From Rickettsiales bacterium (GTDB taxonomy: Bacteria; Pseudomonadota; Alphaproteobacteria; Rickettsiales; JABCZZ01): a stretch of 64,000 nucleotides of DNA. This document shows, piece by piece, positions 1-8,791 of the stretch. The notes under the pieces were generated by a model, which saw nothing but the letters and a program-made list of their open reading frames with translations, did no database searches and was not told where the DNA came from. The translations under genes and the position numbers were made by a program. Positions within the stretch are counted from its first letter, which is position 1. Each line of letters begins with the position of its first letter. The stretch lies in NCBI GenBank assembly GCA_035765535.1, contig DASTXE010000005.1, positions 137,171 through 201,170 of the forward strand. The letters are read 5' to 3'.

Positions 1-824
1 TTCGCCAGAGCGCGTACACGGCCGATATAACTTGCACGTTCCGTAACACCGATAACGCCACGTGCATCCAGCAGGTTAAAGCGGTGAGAAGCCTTGATAC
101 ACTGATCATAAGCGGGCAGGGGCAGTTTCTGCGCCAGCAGCGCTTTGCATTCCTCTTCCGCGTGCGTAAATTGCTCCAAAAGCTGTTTGGTATCGGCATG
201 TTCAAGGTTATAGGCCGAAAATTCGCGCTCGTTCTGCAGGAAAACCTCGCCGTAAGTTACGGTATCGTTGTATTTCAGGTCATAGACGTTTTCTACGCCC
301 TGAATATACATGGCGAGCCTTTCCAGTCCGTAGGTCAGTTCCCCGGCCACGGGGCTGCATTCAATGCCGCCGACCTGCTGGAAATAGGTGAACTGGGTGA
401 CTTCCATTCCGTCGCACCAGACTTCCCAGCCAAGCCCCCAAGCGCCGAGCGTCGGGCTTTCCCAGTCATCTTCCACGAAGCGGATATCATGCAACATCGG
501 GTCGATCCCCAGTTCGCGCAAACTATCCAAATAAAGCTGCTGGATGTTCTGCGGCGAAGGCTTCAGGATCACCTGAAACTGGTAATAATGCTGCAGGCGG
601 TTCGGATTCTCACCGTAACGGCCGTCTTTCGGGCGGCGCGAGGGCTGCACGTAAGCACAGTTCCATGTCTTGGGGCCGAGCGTGCGCAATGCCGTTGCCG
701 GGTGAAACGTTCCGGCTCCGACTTCCATGTCGTATGGCTGCAGAATAACGCAGTGATGGGCGGACCAGTAATTTTGAAGTTTCAGGATGATTTCCTGAAA
801 AGTGAGAGAGCGTGTATTGTTCAT
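1..824 (-). CDS. glyQ: glycine--tRNA ligase alpha subunit; the C-terminal end runs off the window start
   Basis: Absent from the ORF track because it is open at the window edge. My minus-strand translation from the ATG at 824 reads [42 protein letters not shown]...[29 protein letters not shown], the conserved GlyQ N-terminus. The plus ORF 84..854 is its antisense shadow. Confidence 0.85.
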   Translation of the reverse strand, partial: MNNTRSLTFQEIILKLQNYWSAHHCVILQPYDMEVGAGTFHPATALRTLGPKTWNCAYVQPSRRPKDGRYGENPNRLQHYYQFQVILKPSPQNIQQLYLDSLRELGIDPMLHDIRFVEDDWESPTLGAWGLGWEVWCDGMEVTQFTYFQQVGGIECSPVAGELTYGLERLAMYIQGVENVYDLKYNDTVTYGEVFLQNEREFSAYNLEHADTKQLLEQFTHAEEECKALLAQKLPLPAYDQCIKASHRFNLLDARGVIGVTERASYIGRVRALA

Positions 825-969
825 GGCGGCTATTTTAACGGGTTTTTGATTTGAATCAATCCTTATGGATCATATGATATTATAAAAATAAATTAATTAT
901 ATGCAAAATTGCCTTTACGGGCGTATGTGCTATAATGTGATAGTTATCAAGAACAAAGGTAGTCAAATT

Positions 970-1542
970 ATGAAAATTCTTATTTCCGGCAAAAACATTG
1001 AAGTCGGTGCTTCTTTACAGGCGCATATTGAAAAGCGTCTTGCAGAAGTGGTCCATAAACATCTGGACCGGGTAGTAAATCTCAATGTGGTGATGACCAA
1101 GGAGGGCTATCGTTATAAGTGTGATATCAACGGCAATACCGGAACTTCTTCCGGTGTCATGATCAAGAGCACAGGAACGTCCGAAGACGTATATGCTTCT
1201 TTCGACATGGCAGCCGATAAAATCGAAAAACAGTTACGCCGTTACAAGCGCCGCATTACGAACCATCATAAGGTTTCCGAAGAACCGGCCCCTGTCGTGG
1301 TGGCAAAAAAGTACGTGATCAAGGATCATGAAGAGGAAGTGCATGACGATGCTCCGGTGGTGATTGCTGAAAAGCCGACGGAAATCGAAACGCTGACGGT
1401 GAGCGCAGCGGTGATGAAGATGGATCTGGCGGATTTGCCCGCTTTGATGTTCTTCAATTCCGCTAACGGACGCATCAACGTGGTTTATAAACGTGCAGAC
1501 GGTAATATCTCCTGGGTTGACCCGGAAGGTAAAGCCGCGTAA
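970..1542 (+). CDS. hpf: ribosome hibernation promoting factor (long form, HPF/RaiA family)
   Basis: The in-frame ATG at 970 within ORF 901..1542 gives MKILISGKNIEVGASLQAHIEKRLAEVV..., an HPF N-terminal domain plus a C-terminal extension. A clean terminator follows. Confidence 0.85.
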   Translation: MKILISGKNIEVGASLQAHIEKRLAEVVHKHLDRVVNLNVVMTKEGYRYKCDINGNTGTSSGVMIKSTGTSEDVYASFDMAADKIEKQLRRYKRRITNHHKVSEEPAPVVVAKKYVIKDHEEEVHDDAPVVIAEKPTEIETLTVSAAVMKMDLADLPALMFFNSANGRINVVYKRADGNISWVDPEGKAA

Positions 1543-1562
1543 TTTGATATTACGGAACAAGA

Positions 1563-1595
1563 GGGGGACGAATTTCCGTCCCCCTTTCTTTTTCT
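1563..1595 (+). terminator. rho-independent terminator of hpf
   Basis: Stem GGGGGACG (1563-1570), loop AATTTC, stem CGTCCCCC (1577-1584), followed directly by TTTCTTTTTCT. Confidence 0.8.
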
Positions 1596-1628
1596 ACCCT
1601 CGGCTATCCTGAAGAAGGAGGCGCTACC

Positions 1629-2105
1629 ATGCAACAACCACTACAAGTTCATGCTTCCTGTGTCGCAATACACTCCAAGGGAGTATTATTGTTCGGCGAA
1701 CCCGGAAGCGGCAAGTCCGACCTTGCGCTGCGTCTTATCGACCGCGGTGCTGTGCTGGTCAGTGATGACCGCGTAAATTTACGTAAGGAAGGCGAACATC
1801 TGATTGCCAAAGCTCCGGAGAATATTGCCGGGCTGATGGAGATCAGGGGGCTTGGTATCATGCGGCTTACGATGGAAAGCGATGTGCCGGTTTGCCTGGC
1901 CGTGCAGCTTGTTGACAGGCGCGTGGTAGACCGGTTGCCCGTGGCGGAGACTTTTGAGTGTCTGGGCATGCATATTCCCCAGATCCGGCTCTCGCCATTT
2001 GATGCTTCTGCCCCGATCCGGATTGAGATGGCGTTAGCCAGTCTGCAGGATAAAAATATGATGCGGGCAGGTGGCTTAAAGGAATGTGAATCAGGCGATG
2101 TCTGA
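1629..2105 (+). CDS. hprK: HPr kinase/phosphorylase, short alphaproteobacterial type (C-terminal domain only)
   Basis: HASCVAIHSKGVLLFGEPGSGKSDLALRLIDRGAVLVSDDRV (P-loop) and MEIRGLGI are HprK catalytic-domain signatures. The 158-aa length matches the truncated form. Confidence 0.8.
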   Translation: MQQPLQVHASCVAIHSKGVLLFGEPGSGKSDLALRLIDRGAVLVSDDRVNLRKEGEHLIAKAPENIAGLMEIRGLGIMRLTMESDVPVCLAVQLVDRRVVDRLPVAETFECLGMHIPQIRLSPFDASAPIRIEMALASLQDKNMMRAGGLKECESGDV

Positions 2106-2489
2106 TTCGAGCGTGGTTTTGATCGCTTTTATACCCGCTTCCATCATCGCATCGATAGCATCTTTTATTTCGTGCGGCAGGAAGTCTGCAATCCAGACGA
2201 TTCTACACGTTTTTCCTTCCGCGAATACCTGCACCGATGCATTGTGATGCGTGGAGCGTCCGCCCTGTGCGCTCCAGACTAATCTGCGCTGCTGTTCGTC
2301 CATATCCACGATAAGTTCGCGCACTTCCATCCCGTTTGCGAAGGTGACAATTCTTGCGCCTTCTTCCATGCGCGTATTCGTGACGAAGCCGCGAACGAGA
2401 CGAGTATGCAGATTGCCAACATCGCGAATGGCATCCCACGTTTTTTCTGCAGTTACATTGACAAGGATTTCTTTGGTGATCGATGCCAT
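2091..2489 (-). CDS. SRPBCC-superfamily (polyketide cyclase/dehydrase-like) protein
   Basis: 132 aa. The MASITKEILVNVTAEKTWDAIRDVGNLH opening is typical of SRPBCC ligand-binding proteins. It overlaps hprK tail-to-tail by 15 nt. Confidence 0.55.
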   Translation of the reverse strand: MASITKEILVNVTAEKTWDAIRDVGNLHTRLVRGFVTNTRMEEGARIVTFANGMEVRELIVDMDEQQRRLVWSAQGGRSTHHNASVQVFAEGKTCRIVWIADFLPHEIKDAIDAMMEAGIKAIKTTLESDIA

Positions 2490-2500
2490 GTGCGCTTCCC

Positions 2501-3115
2501 TCAGGCGATTAGAAAGGATGTATGGTCAGAAACGGTGCCTGTTTCACCTGTGATAACTTTGCGCAATGCTTCAGGATAGATTTTATGTTCGAGCTTTAGC
2601 ACGCGCTCGCCGAGCGTTTGTGCTGTGTCATTCGGCAAAACAGGAACGGCGGCCTGAATAATGATCGGCCCGGAATCCATTTCGGGCACGACATAATGCA
2701 CTGTTGCCCCGTGAATTTTTACACCCGCTTCCAGCACGCGTTCATGTGTGTGGATGCCTTTAAAGGAAGGTAGAATAGCGGGATGGATATTGATCATCCT
2801 GCCTTGCCATTTTTCAACGAAACCGGCAGTGAGCAAGCGCATGAAACCGGCGAGGCAGACATATTCCGCGCCAGCTTTTATAATGGCATCATGTAAGGCA
2901 CTGTCGAATGTATCGCGATCCGGGTAATCCTGATGGAATATGACTTGCGTTGGAATGCCCGCGTCTTTAGCGCGCTTTAGTCCGTATGCATCACTTTTAT
3001 TGCTGATGACCATGGCGATGCGTGCCGGAAAATCCGGTTGGGCACAGGCATCGATAAGTGCCTGCAGATTGCTGCCGCTGCCGGAGATAAGGACTGCGAC
3101 AGGTTTTTTAGTCAC
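2501..3115 (-). CDS. purN: phosphoribosylglycinamide formyltransferase
   Basis: [30 protein letters not shown] and a 204-aa length. It overlaps purM by 8 nt. Confidence 0.9.
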   Translation of the reverse strand: MTKKPVAVLISGSGSNLQALIDACAQPDFPARIAMVISNKSDAYGLKRAKDAGIPTQVIFHQDYPDRDTFDSALHDAIIKAGAEYVCLAGFMRLLTAGFVEKWQGRMINIHPAILPSFKGIHTHERVLEAGVKIHGATVHYVVPEMDSGPIIIQAAVPVLPNDTAQTLGERVLKLEHKIYPEALRKVITGETGTVSDHTSFLIA

Positions 3116-4151
3116 GTAAATATACCACGCGTTCCGATTGCTGCGGGATGATGCGGCCGAGCGTGTAGACAGTTTCGCCAGCCTCTTTCAGCAGTGCGGT
3201 AATCTCATTGCTTTTCGCTGCATCTACAACGATCATCATGCCGATGCCGCAATTGAATGTGCGCAGCATTTCTGATTCGCTGATATTGCCGGCTTCCTTC
3301 AGCCACTGGAAGACTTCCGGCAACTCCCATGCTTTCAGATTAACTTCAGCCGAAACATTTTCCGGCAAGACGCGCGGAGTGTTTTCAGTGATGCCGCCGC
3401 CTGTGACATGCACCAGCGCTTTGACGGCACCGGTTTTAATCGCGGCGAGACACGGCTTCACATAAAGGCGCGTAGGAGCCATAAGCTTATCCACCAGCGG
3501 CTGTTGTGCTACGTCATGCAGATTGATCTGCTCGCGCTTGATGATATGGCGCACGAGAGAATAACCGTTGGAATGAACGCCGTCCGATGCAAGGCCCAGA
3601 ATGACATCGCCAGTTGCTACGCCTTTAGGAAGAATTGCTTCGCGTTCTACAGCGCCGACCGCAAAACCTGCGAGGTCGTATTCACCCGGCTGATAAATGC
3701 CCGGCATCTCGGCAGTTTCCCCACCGATGAGGGCGCAGCCTGAACGTTTGCAGCCTTCTGCGATACCTTTGATAATGCTTTCGGCAACGTTCACATCCAG
3801 TGCGGAAGTAGCGAAGTAATCCAGGAAGAAGAGCGGCTCTGCTCCCTGCACAATGAGATCATTAACGCACATGGCCACAAGATCGATCCCGATCGTATCG
3901 TGCTTGTTGAGATCCTGCGCGAGCTTTACTTTCGTGCCGACGCCGTCCGTTCCCGAGACGAGCACGGGGTCTTTAAAGCCCGCTGCTTTCAGGTCGAAAA
4001 GAGCGCCGAACCCACCGATTCCGCCCATGACTCCTGAGCGCGTAGTGGCCTTTGCCAGCGGCTTGATTCTCTCGACAAGCGCATTGCCAGCGTCTATATT
4101 GACCCCGGAGTCTGCGTACGTAACTTCTGGTTTATTCACTATGTTTTTCAT
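3108..4151 (-). CDS. purM: phosphoribosylformylglycinamidine cyclo-ligase (AIR synthetase)
   Basis: [22 protein letters not shown] and GGETAEMPG motifs. I prefer the ATG at 4151 (MKNIV) over the TTG at 4163. Confidence 0.9.
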   Translation of the reverse strand: MKNIVNKPEVTYADSGVNIDAGNALVERIKPLAKATTRSGVMGGIGGFGALFDLKAAGFKDPVLVSGTDGVGTKVKLAQDLNKHDTIGIDLVAMCVNDLIVQGAEPLFFLDYFATSALDVNVAESIIKGIAEGCKRSGCALIGGETAEMPGIYQPGEYDLAGFAVGAVEREAILPKGVATGDVILGLASDGVHSNGYSLVRHIIKREQINLHDVAQQPLVDKLMAPTRLYVKPCLAAIKTGAVKALVHVTGGGITENTPRVLPENVSAEVNLKAWELPEVFQWLKEAGNISESEMLRTFNCGIGMMIVVDAAKSNEITALLKEAGETVYTLGRIIPQQSERVVYLRD

Positions 4152-4191
4152 GTGCACCCGCAAAATTTTCCCTGATATCTACTATAGAATC

Positions 4192-5298
4192 ATGCTTTTC
4201 ACAAGCGTCTTGCTGGCGTCGGTTTTTTGGGGGGTATTGCCCGCAAAAGCAGAAGAAGACCCGATTGTTACGGGATATAGTATTGAAAATATCGTTGTGG
4301 ATGCTGACGGCAAGGATGAAAAAGATGCGCGCATAAAGGCGCTGACGGGTGGGGAGGTCACAGCTTTCAAGCAGTTTGTTCTGCGTGTGGATGCGGCGAA
4401 GGCCCCTTCTCTTATCTCCAATACTTCTGCTTCTCAGATCAACCAGATGATTAGCGGATTCGAGGTCATGGAAGAGAAGGTGACACCGAATCATTACCAT
4501 GGGCTGCTGCGGTATAATTTTATTCCGCAGTCGATTCAGACATTGATGCCGGATTTGCCCAACCTGATGCAAACCGAATTTACTTCCGGGAGGCGTCCGA
4601 GTAAAGCTGTGCTCGTGCTACCGGTCTATAATGAAGGGCGCAATGTATTGAAGCTCTGGCAGGACGATAATAAGTGGCGCACTATCTGGCTGGAGGCTGC
4701 GCTTGAATCCGGTGGCGGCATGGTGGTGGTGCCTATCGGAGATCTGAACGATCGCGTGGATGTGGATGATACGAATGTTGAGAGCGCGACTACGGAATCA
4801 CTGCGGCGTATGTATAAGCGTTACGGTGTTGAATATATCGACGTGCTTGACGCCTATTTCGATAAGAAGGCCGATCCCAAGCCAACGCTGGAAGTAACCG
4901 TCAAGAAGCTGCTGCCGGAGAAGGATGATATCACACATTTCGACTATATCATTCATAGTTCGGACACACTGGATACTCTCATGGCAAGAGCTGCCAACGA
5001 CATTGCCCAACGTATATATAAGCAGCAGACGATTGATCCCAATAAGATTGAGTATGAGCGTATCAAGGAGATTAAAGCGCGTGTTAATACGAGTGAAATT
5101 TCGGAGTGGGATGAGCTCAGAAAACGTCTGCTTAAGCATGGCAACATCGTAAGCATCACGATGACGACCATCTCATTCTTTGAAACCAATATGGTTATCT
5201 CTTACCGTGGCACGCCGGATATGCTTGGCAAGACTCTTGCCGCTGCTGGCTTACGTGTATTTCAGGACGGTGACGGGCTTGTTCTGCAGTTGAAATAG
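4192..5298 (+). CDS. secreted/periplasmic protein of unknown function (possibly DUF2066-like, from memory only)
   Basis: The ATG at 4192 gives MLFTSVLLASVFWGVLPAKAEED, a signal peptide. The part of ORF 3853..5298 upstream of it is antisense to purM and is rejected. The gene is divergent from purM. Confidence 0.65.
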   Translation: MLFTSVLLASVFWGVLPAKAEEDPIVTGYSIENIVVDADGKDEKDARIKALTGGEVTAFKQFVLRVDAAKAPSLISNTSASQINQMISGFEVMEEKVTPNHYHGLLRYNFIPQSIQTLMPDLPNLMQTEFTSGRRPSKAVLVLPVYNEGRNVLKLWQDDNKWRTIWLEAALESGGGMVVVPIGDLNDRVDVDDTNVESATTESLRRMYKRYGVEYIDVLDAYFDKKADPKPTLEVTVKKLLPEKDDITHFDYIIHSSDTLDTLMARAANDIAQRIYKQQTIDPNKIEYERIKEIKARVNTSEISEWDELRKRLLKHGNIVSITMTTISFFETNMVISYRGTPDMLGKTLAAAGLRVFQDGDGLVLQLK

Positions 5299-5490
5299 CT
5301 GGAAAAAATCGGGGCTATCTGGGGGTATCGTGCACAGGTTTTCGAATGAAACCGCAGAAAACTTCACCATTTATGACAGTGATTGTAATAAACCCGCAGG
5401 AAATGAATAAAATTATTGTTTTTCAGTAAGTTATTTTGTGCCTACTTTTTAAGCAGGGCGTCTCAAAGCTAGTACTGGCTTAAAGAAAAC

Positions 5491-5558
5491 AAATGGGGCA
5501 TTAAAGTTATCCGCAAAGTTATCCACAGGTTTCGTGGATGAAAATTTATGCCCCATTT
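5491..5558. promoter_or_regulatory. DnaA-box-like cluster enclosed by an 11-bp inverted repeat
   Basis: TTATCCGCA (5507-5515) and consensus TTATCCACA (5519-5527) lie in a tandem 12-mer AAGTTATCC(G/A)CA. An inverted 7/9 box CGTGGATGA lies at 5533-5541. The flanks are AAATGGGGCAT (5491-5501) and ATGCCCCATTT (5548-5558). The cluster sits between convergent genes. Confidence 0.4.
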
Positions 5559-5567
5559 ATACAATGC

Positions 5568-6248
5568 TTACGCCGTTGTTTCGAGCTCTTCTTCTTCGTA
5601 TTCTTCCTGGTCGTCGACGCCCAGTTTTGCCAGTTTGGTGATCTCTTCAGCGAGCGCTTTCACTTCAAGTGCCGCAGGTGTGGACGGTCCGACTTCGGTA
5701 GCGCTGCGACCTTCCATGATGGATGCGGCAAACAGAACGCGATTGCCCAAATGGCTCTTAGCGAGATTGGGCAATTCTGCTGCGATGGTCTGTGCAAGTT
5801 TGGACGATGCTGAGATACGATTCAGCACAACGCGCACAGGAACATTTTCCGACTTTGCAATTTCAAGCGTTGCTTTGGTAGCCCATAAATCGGTCGGGCT
5901 CGGCTGCACAGGCACGATGATAAAATCGGCATTACGTATTGCCGTGCGTGCTTCCGTCTCGGTGTGCGGAGGGCTGTCGATCAGGATGATATCATGATTG
6001 CGTTTCAGGCGTGCGATTTCGCTGCCGACTCTCCAGCCGGAAACCGTGCTGAAGGTGAGACCCGTATAACCTTCACCAAAACATTTCTCGCGTATCTTAT
6101 GCCACTGAGTAAGACTCCCTTGCGGATCGATATCGATCACGGCAACTCTAAACCCGCGCTGCTTCCATGCGACTGCCAGATGTATTGCTACGGTTGTTTT
6201 TCCTGCTCCGCCTTTTTGCTGCGCTATGGTAATTACTTTCGATTCCAT
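5568..6248 (-). CDS. ParA/MinD-family ATPase (orphan, no parB beside it)
   Basis: MESKVITIAQQKGGAGKTTVAIHLA carries the deviant Walker A. There is an acidic C-terminal tail, DDQEEYEEEELETTA. Start chosen at the ATG at 6248. Confidence 0.8.
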   Translation of the reverse strand: MESKVITIAQQKGGAGKTTVAIHLAVAWKQRGFRVAVIDIDPQGSLTQWHKIREKCFGEGYTGLTFSTVSGWRVGSEIARLKRNHDIILIDSPPHTETEARTAIRNADFIIVPVQPSPTDLWATKATLEIAKSENVPVRVVLNRISASSKLAQTIAAELPNLAKSHLGNRVLFAASIMEGRSATEVGPSTPAALEVKALAEEITKLAKLGVDDQEEYEEEELETTA

Positions 6249-6322
6249 ATATACTCCTGTGCCAGATGCGAGTTTAACTATATATCGTAATAAACGTATT
6301 ATTATACTACCAGATATTGTCA

Positions 6323-7279
6323 ATGAACATACAACCTGTCAATAGCACTGTCATAAAAAAAGCTGCTGAATATTTACGTTTTGGAAGGCTAGTTGCATTT
6401 CCGACAGAGACGGTTTACGGACTTGGAGCGGATGCTACTAATGACAGGGCGGTCGCCGAGATCTTCTCCGCCAAGGGAAGACCGCAGTTCAATCCGCTGA
6501 TCGTACATGTGTGTCATGTTTCCATGGCGAAGCGTTTTGCCGTATGGAATGATCTGGCAGAAAAAATTTCGGCAGCGTTCTGGCCGGGACCGCTTACTTT
6601 TATTCTGCCGCGTACAGCGGACTGTTCTATCTCATTATTAGCGAGTGCTGGCGGTGATACAATTGGCGTGCGCATGCCAGCGCATTCGGTCGCGCATGCG
6701 CTGCTTGCTGAAGCCGGTGTGCCCGTGGCTGCTCCGAGCGCCAACCGTTCGGGACGCATTAGCCCGACAGCTGCGTCACATGTCTATGAAGAGCTGGGCG
6801 AACTTCCGGCAATGATTCTTGATGGTGGAGAATGCAGTGTGGGGATTGAGTCTACTGTTATCGATCTCAGCGGCAGTGGAGTGACATTACTCAGGCCGGG
6901 ATTTGTCACGCGCGATCAGTTACAGGAAGTGACCGGTATGGATGTTGCGGTTCCGGGGGAAACGCAAGGTATATTGAAATCGCCGGGTATGCTTGCGAGC
7001 CATTATGCGCCATCGCTTCCAGTGAGGCTTAATGTGACTGATCCTAGAGCCGATGAGGCATTGCTTGCGTTTGGAAGTAATGTGCCGCCGGGTGCCAAAT
7101 ATGTTTTTAATTTAAGTGCTGATGGAAACCTGGTGGAAGCTGCCGCGCATTTATTTGCTGGATTGCGCGAACTCGATCATCCCGAGCTTTATTCTGCCAT
7201 CGCGGTGATGCCATTACCTGATCTGGGAATAGGCGTTGCCATCAACGACCGTCTTGCAAGGGCCGCAGCTGCACGATAG
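6323..7279 (+). CDS. tsaC: L-threonylcarbamoyladenylate synthase, long Sua5/YwlC type
   Basis: GRLVAFPTETVYGLGADATN, PLIVHV and SANRSG motifs. The roughly 318-aa length implies a Sua5 C-terminal domain. Confidence 0.85.
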   Translation: MNIQPVNSTVIKKAAEYLRFGRLVAFPTETVYGLGADATNDRAVAEIFSAKGRPQFNPLIVHVCHVSMAKRFAVWNDLAEKISAAFWPGPLTFILPRTADCSISLLASAGGDTIGVRMPAHSVAHALLAEAGVPVAAPSANRSGRISPTAASHVYEELGELPAMILDGGECSVGIESTVIDLSGSGVTLLRPGFVTRDQLQEVTGMDVAVPGETQGILKSPGMLASHYAPSLPVRLNVTDPRADEALLAFGSNVPPGAKYVFNLSADGNLVEAAAHLFAGLRELDHPELYSAIAVMPLPDLGIGVAINDRLARAAAAR

Positions 7280-7334
7280 CTATCCTTGTTGCGTTGCCCC
7301 ACCGGATGTTGTTTAATACAACCTGCGGTATTCG

Positions 7335-8168
7335 ATGAGGAACGCTTTGCGCAGCAAGTATTACATAAACGGTTTCACTCTGATCGAGCTTTCGATCGTG
7401 CTGGTCATTATTGGGTTGATTGTAGGCGGCGTGCTGGCCGGGCGTGATCTCATTCTGGGGGCGAAGCGGCGGGCTATCATCTCTGATATCGAGCAATATA
7501 AAACGGCCGTTTATACGTTTCGCGGCAAATACGATGCTATTCCCGGCGATATGGCCAATGCCACAACCTACTGGGGCGCACTTGGCGGCGGTGAGGGTAG
7601 TGCAGGAAGTCCGCTGACCTATAATGGAAACGGTAACGGCCTTGTATGCGACAAGCCTGCCAGCTACTCCGATATTCCCTGCGACGATGAACCCATGCTG
7701 TTCTGGAAGCATCTTTCCAATGCGGGGCTTATCAATGGCGGATTTACAGGAACGCTTACCAATCTGGGATGGGGCGGATTGGAAATTATCGGTCAGAATA
7801 TTCCGCAGTCCCGGGCGGGCGAAAATACAGCCTATATGGTATTTTACCTGTGTCTGGATAATGCAGGCACCGGCCTCAGTTATTTCAAGAACAGCTTCTG
7901 CGGTCATGTCTTTACGTTTGGCGGACAGGGAAACGCCACGCATAACTGGACGAATCTTCCTATGTTTCCTGCTCTTTCCGGGATTGATGCTTATGATATC
8001 GATCGAAAGCTTGATGACGGGAAACCGGGAACGGGCAGTGTCATGTCTGAGCCTATCGGGTCCGACTTCATTCCCAATTGCACTACGAATACAGATTACA
8101 CCATTGCCGCTTATGATATGTCATCACCTGCTATTACATGCAGTTTGATGTTCGCAGGAAAATTTTAG
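7335..8168 (+). CDS. type IV pilin-like / pseudopilin-like protein, paralog 1
   Basis: Class III signal peptide MRNALRSKYYING|FTLIELSIVLVIIGLIVGG (Gly -1, Phe +1, Glu +5). A C-terminal Cys pair is spaced by 19 residues (NC...ITC), which resembles a pilin D-region. Confidence 0.75.
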   Translation: MRNALRSKYYINGFTLIELSIVLVIIGLIVGGVLAGRDLILGAKRRAIISDIEQYKTAVYTFRGKYDAIPGDMANATTYWGALGGGEGSAGSPLTYNGNGNGLVCDKPASYSDIPCDDEPMLFWKHLSNAGLINGGFTGTLTNLGWGGLEIIGQNIPQSRAGENTAYMVFYLCLDNAGTGLSYFKNSFCGHVFTFGGQGNATHNWTNLPMFPALSGIDAYDIDRKLDDGKPGTGSVMSEPIGSDFIPNCTTNTDYTIAAYDMSSPAITCSLMFAGKF

Positions 8169-8791
8169 GGACGCGATTTCAGAGCTTCAAGCAGTTCACG
8201 CTCAGCTCCTGTGCGCGGAACGATACGAGCCTCGGCCTTAAGAATATCTGCCAGACGGTCGGAAGCAGCAGGTCCGGAATGGGGCTTGATATTAAAACCA
8301 TCATTTGCAGGCGGCTGCTGGGGAATGGTTTGTGGTCTGGCAGCCATTACAACGGGTGCAGGCTTGGCAGGTTGTGCATTCGCTGCGATCTGTGAAACGA
8401 TTTTATCCAGATGCTGCGGGTTGCTGTGGTGGCTGAAGGTGTTTTTATCAGCGAGCTTTTTAGCTTCATTGGAAGCTGCCTTAGTCTGCTGCTCCAACTG
8501 CAGGATGATCTTGTTGCTTTTTTCGATGAGGAAAGCGAGATCATCCGCAAGGAAATTAGCCTTGTCGATCTTCACCTGCATCGAGTCGATCAATTTCTTG
8601 CTGACGATCTGGAGGTCGTTCACAGAAGAAACAGCGCGGTTCGTGGCAGCATCAAACTGTGCGATCATGCCTGCAAGCTCGCTACGGCCATCCTGAAGCG
8701 TCTTGATCCTGCGGCTCAGTTTTGAGCAGTAACTGATCGTGGCGATCAGCAGTGCTGCCAGCAATGTATCAAACAGAAGAGAGACTATCAC
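8165..8791 (-). CDS. membrane-anchored coiled-coil protein coupled downstream of fliM (DUF6468-like, from memory only)
   Basis: N-terminal TM segment MIVSLLFDTLLAALLIATISY followed by a helical region. There is a 4-nt overlap with the fliM stop. Confidence 0.6.
   Translation of the reverse strand: MIVSLLFDTLLAALLIATISYCSKLSRRIKTLQDGRSELAGMIAQFDAATNRAVSSVNDLQIVSKKLIDSMQVKIDKANFLADDLAFLIEKSNKIILQLEQQTKAASNEAKKLADKNTFSHHSNPQHLDKIVSQIAANAQPAKPAPVVMAARPQTIPQQPPANDGFNIKPHSGPAASDRLADILKAEARIVPRTGAERELLEALKSRP

Noticed and set aside
84-854. 256-aa plus-strand ORF
   Set aside because: It is the antisense shadow of glyQ, whose minus-strand translation is unmistakable. The plus-frame protein is Arg/Leu/Phe-rich and resembles no known protein.
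3853-4191. N-terminal 113 codons of track ORF 3853..5298
   Set aside because: This part is antisense to purM. A signal peptide begins at the internal ATG at 4192, which is the plausible start.
7242-7943. Long ORFs lying antisense or out of frame to confidently called genes. This one is 7242..7943. Others are 19782..20633, 26606..27367, 27520..28188, 39759..40769, 47212..47997, 55006..55875, 57471..58199 and 60610..61434.
   Set aside because: Each lies fully inside a gene with strong family signatures on the other strand or in another frame. Their translations are low-complexity (Arg/His/Cys/Ala-rich) with no motifs. They are typical shadow ORFs of a mid-GC genome.
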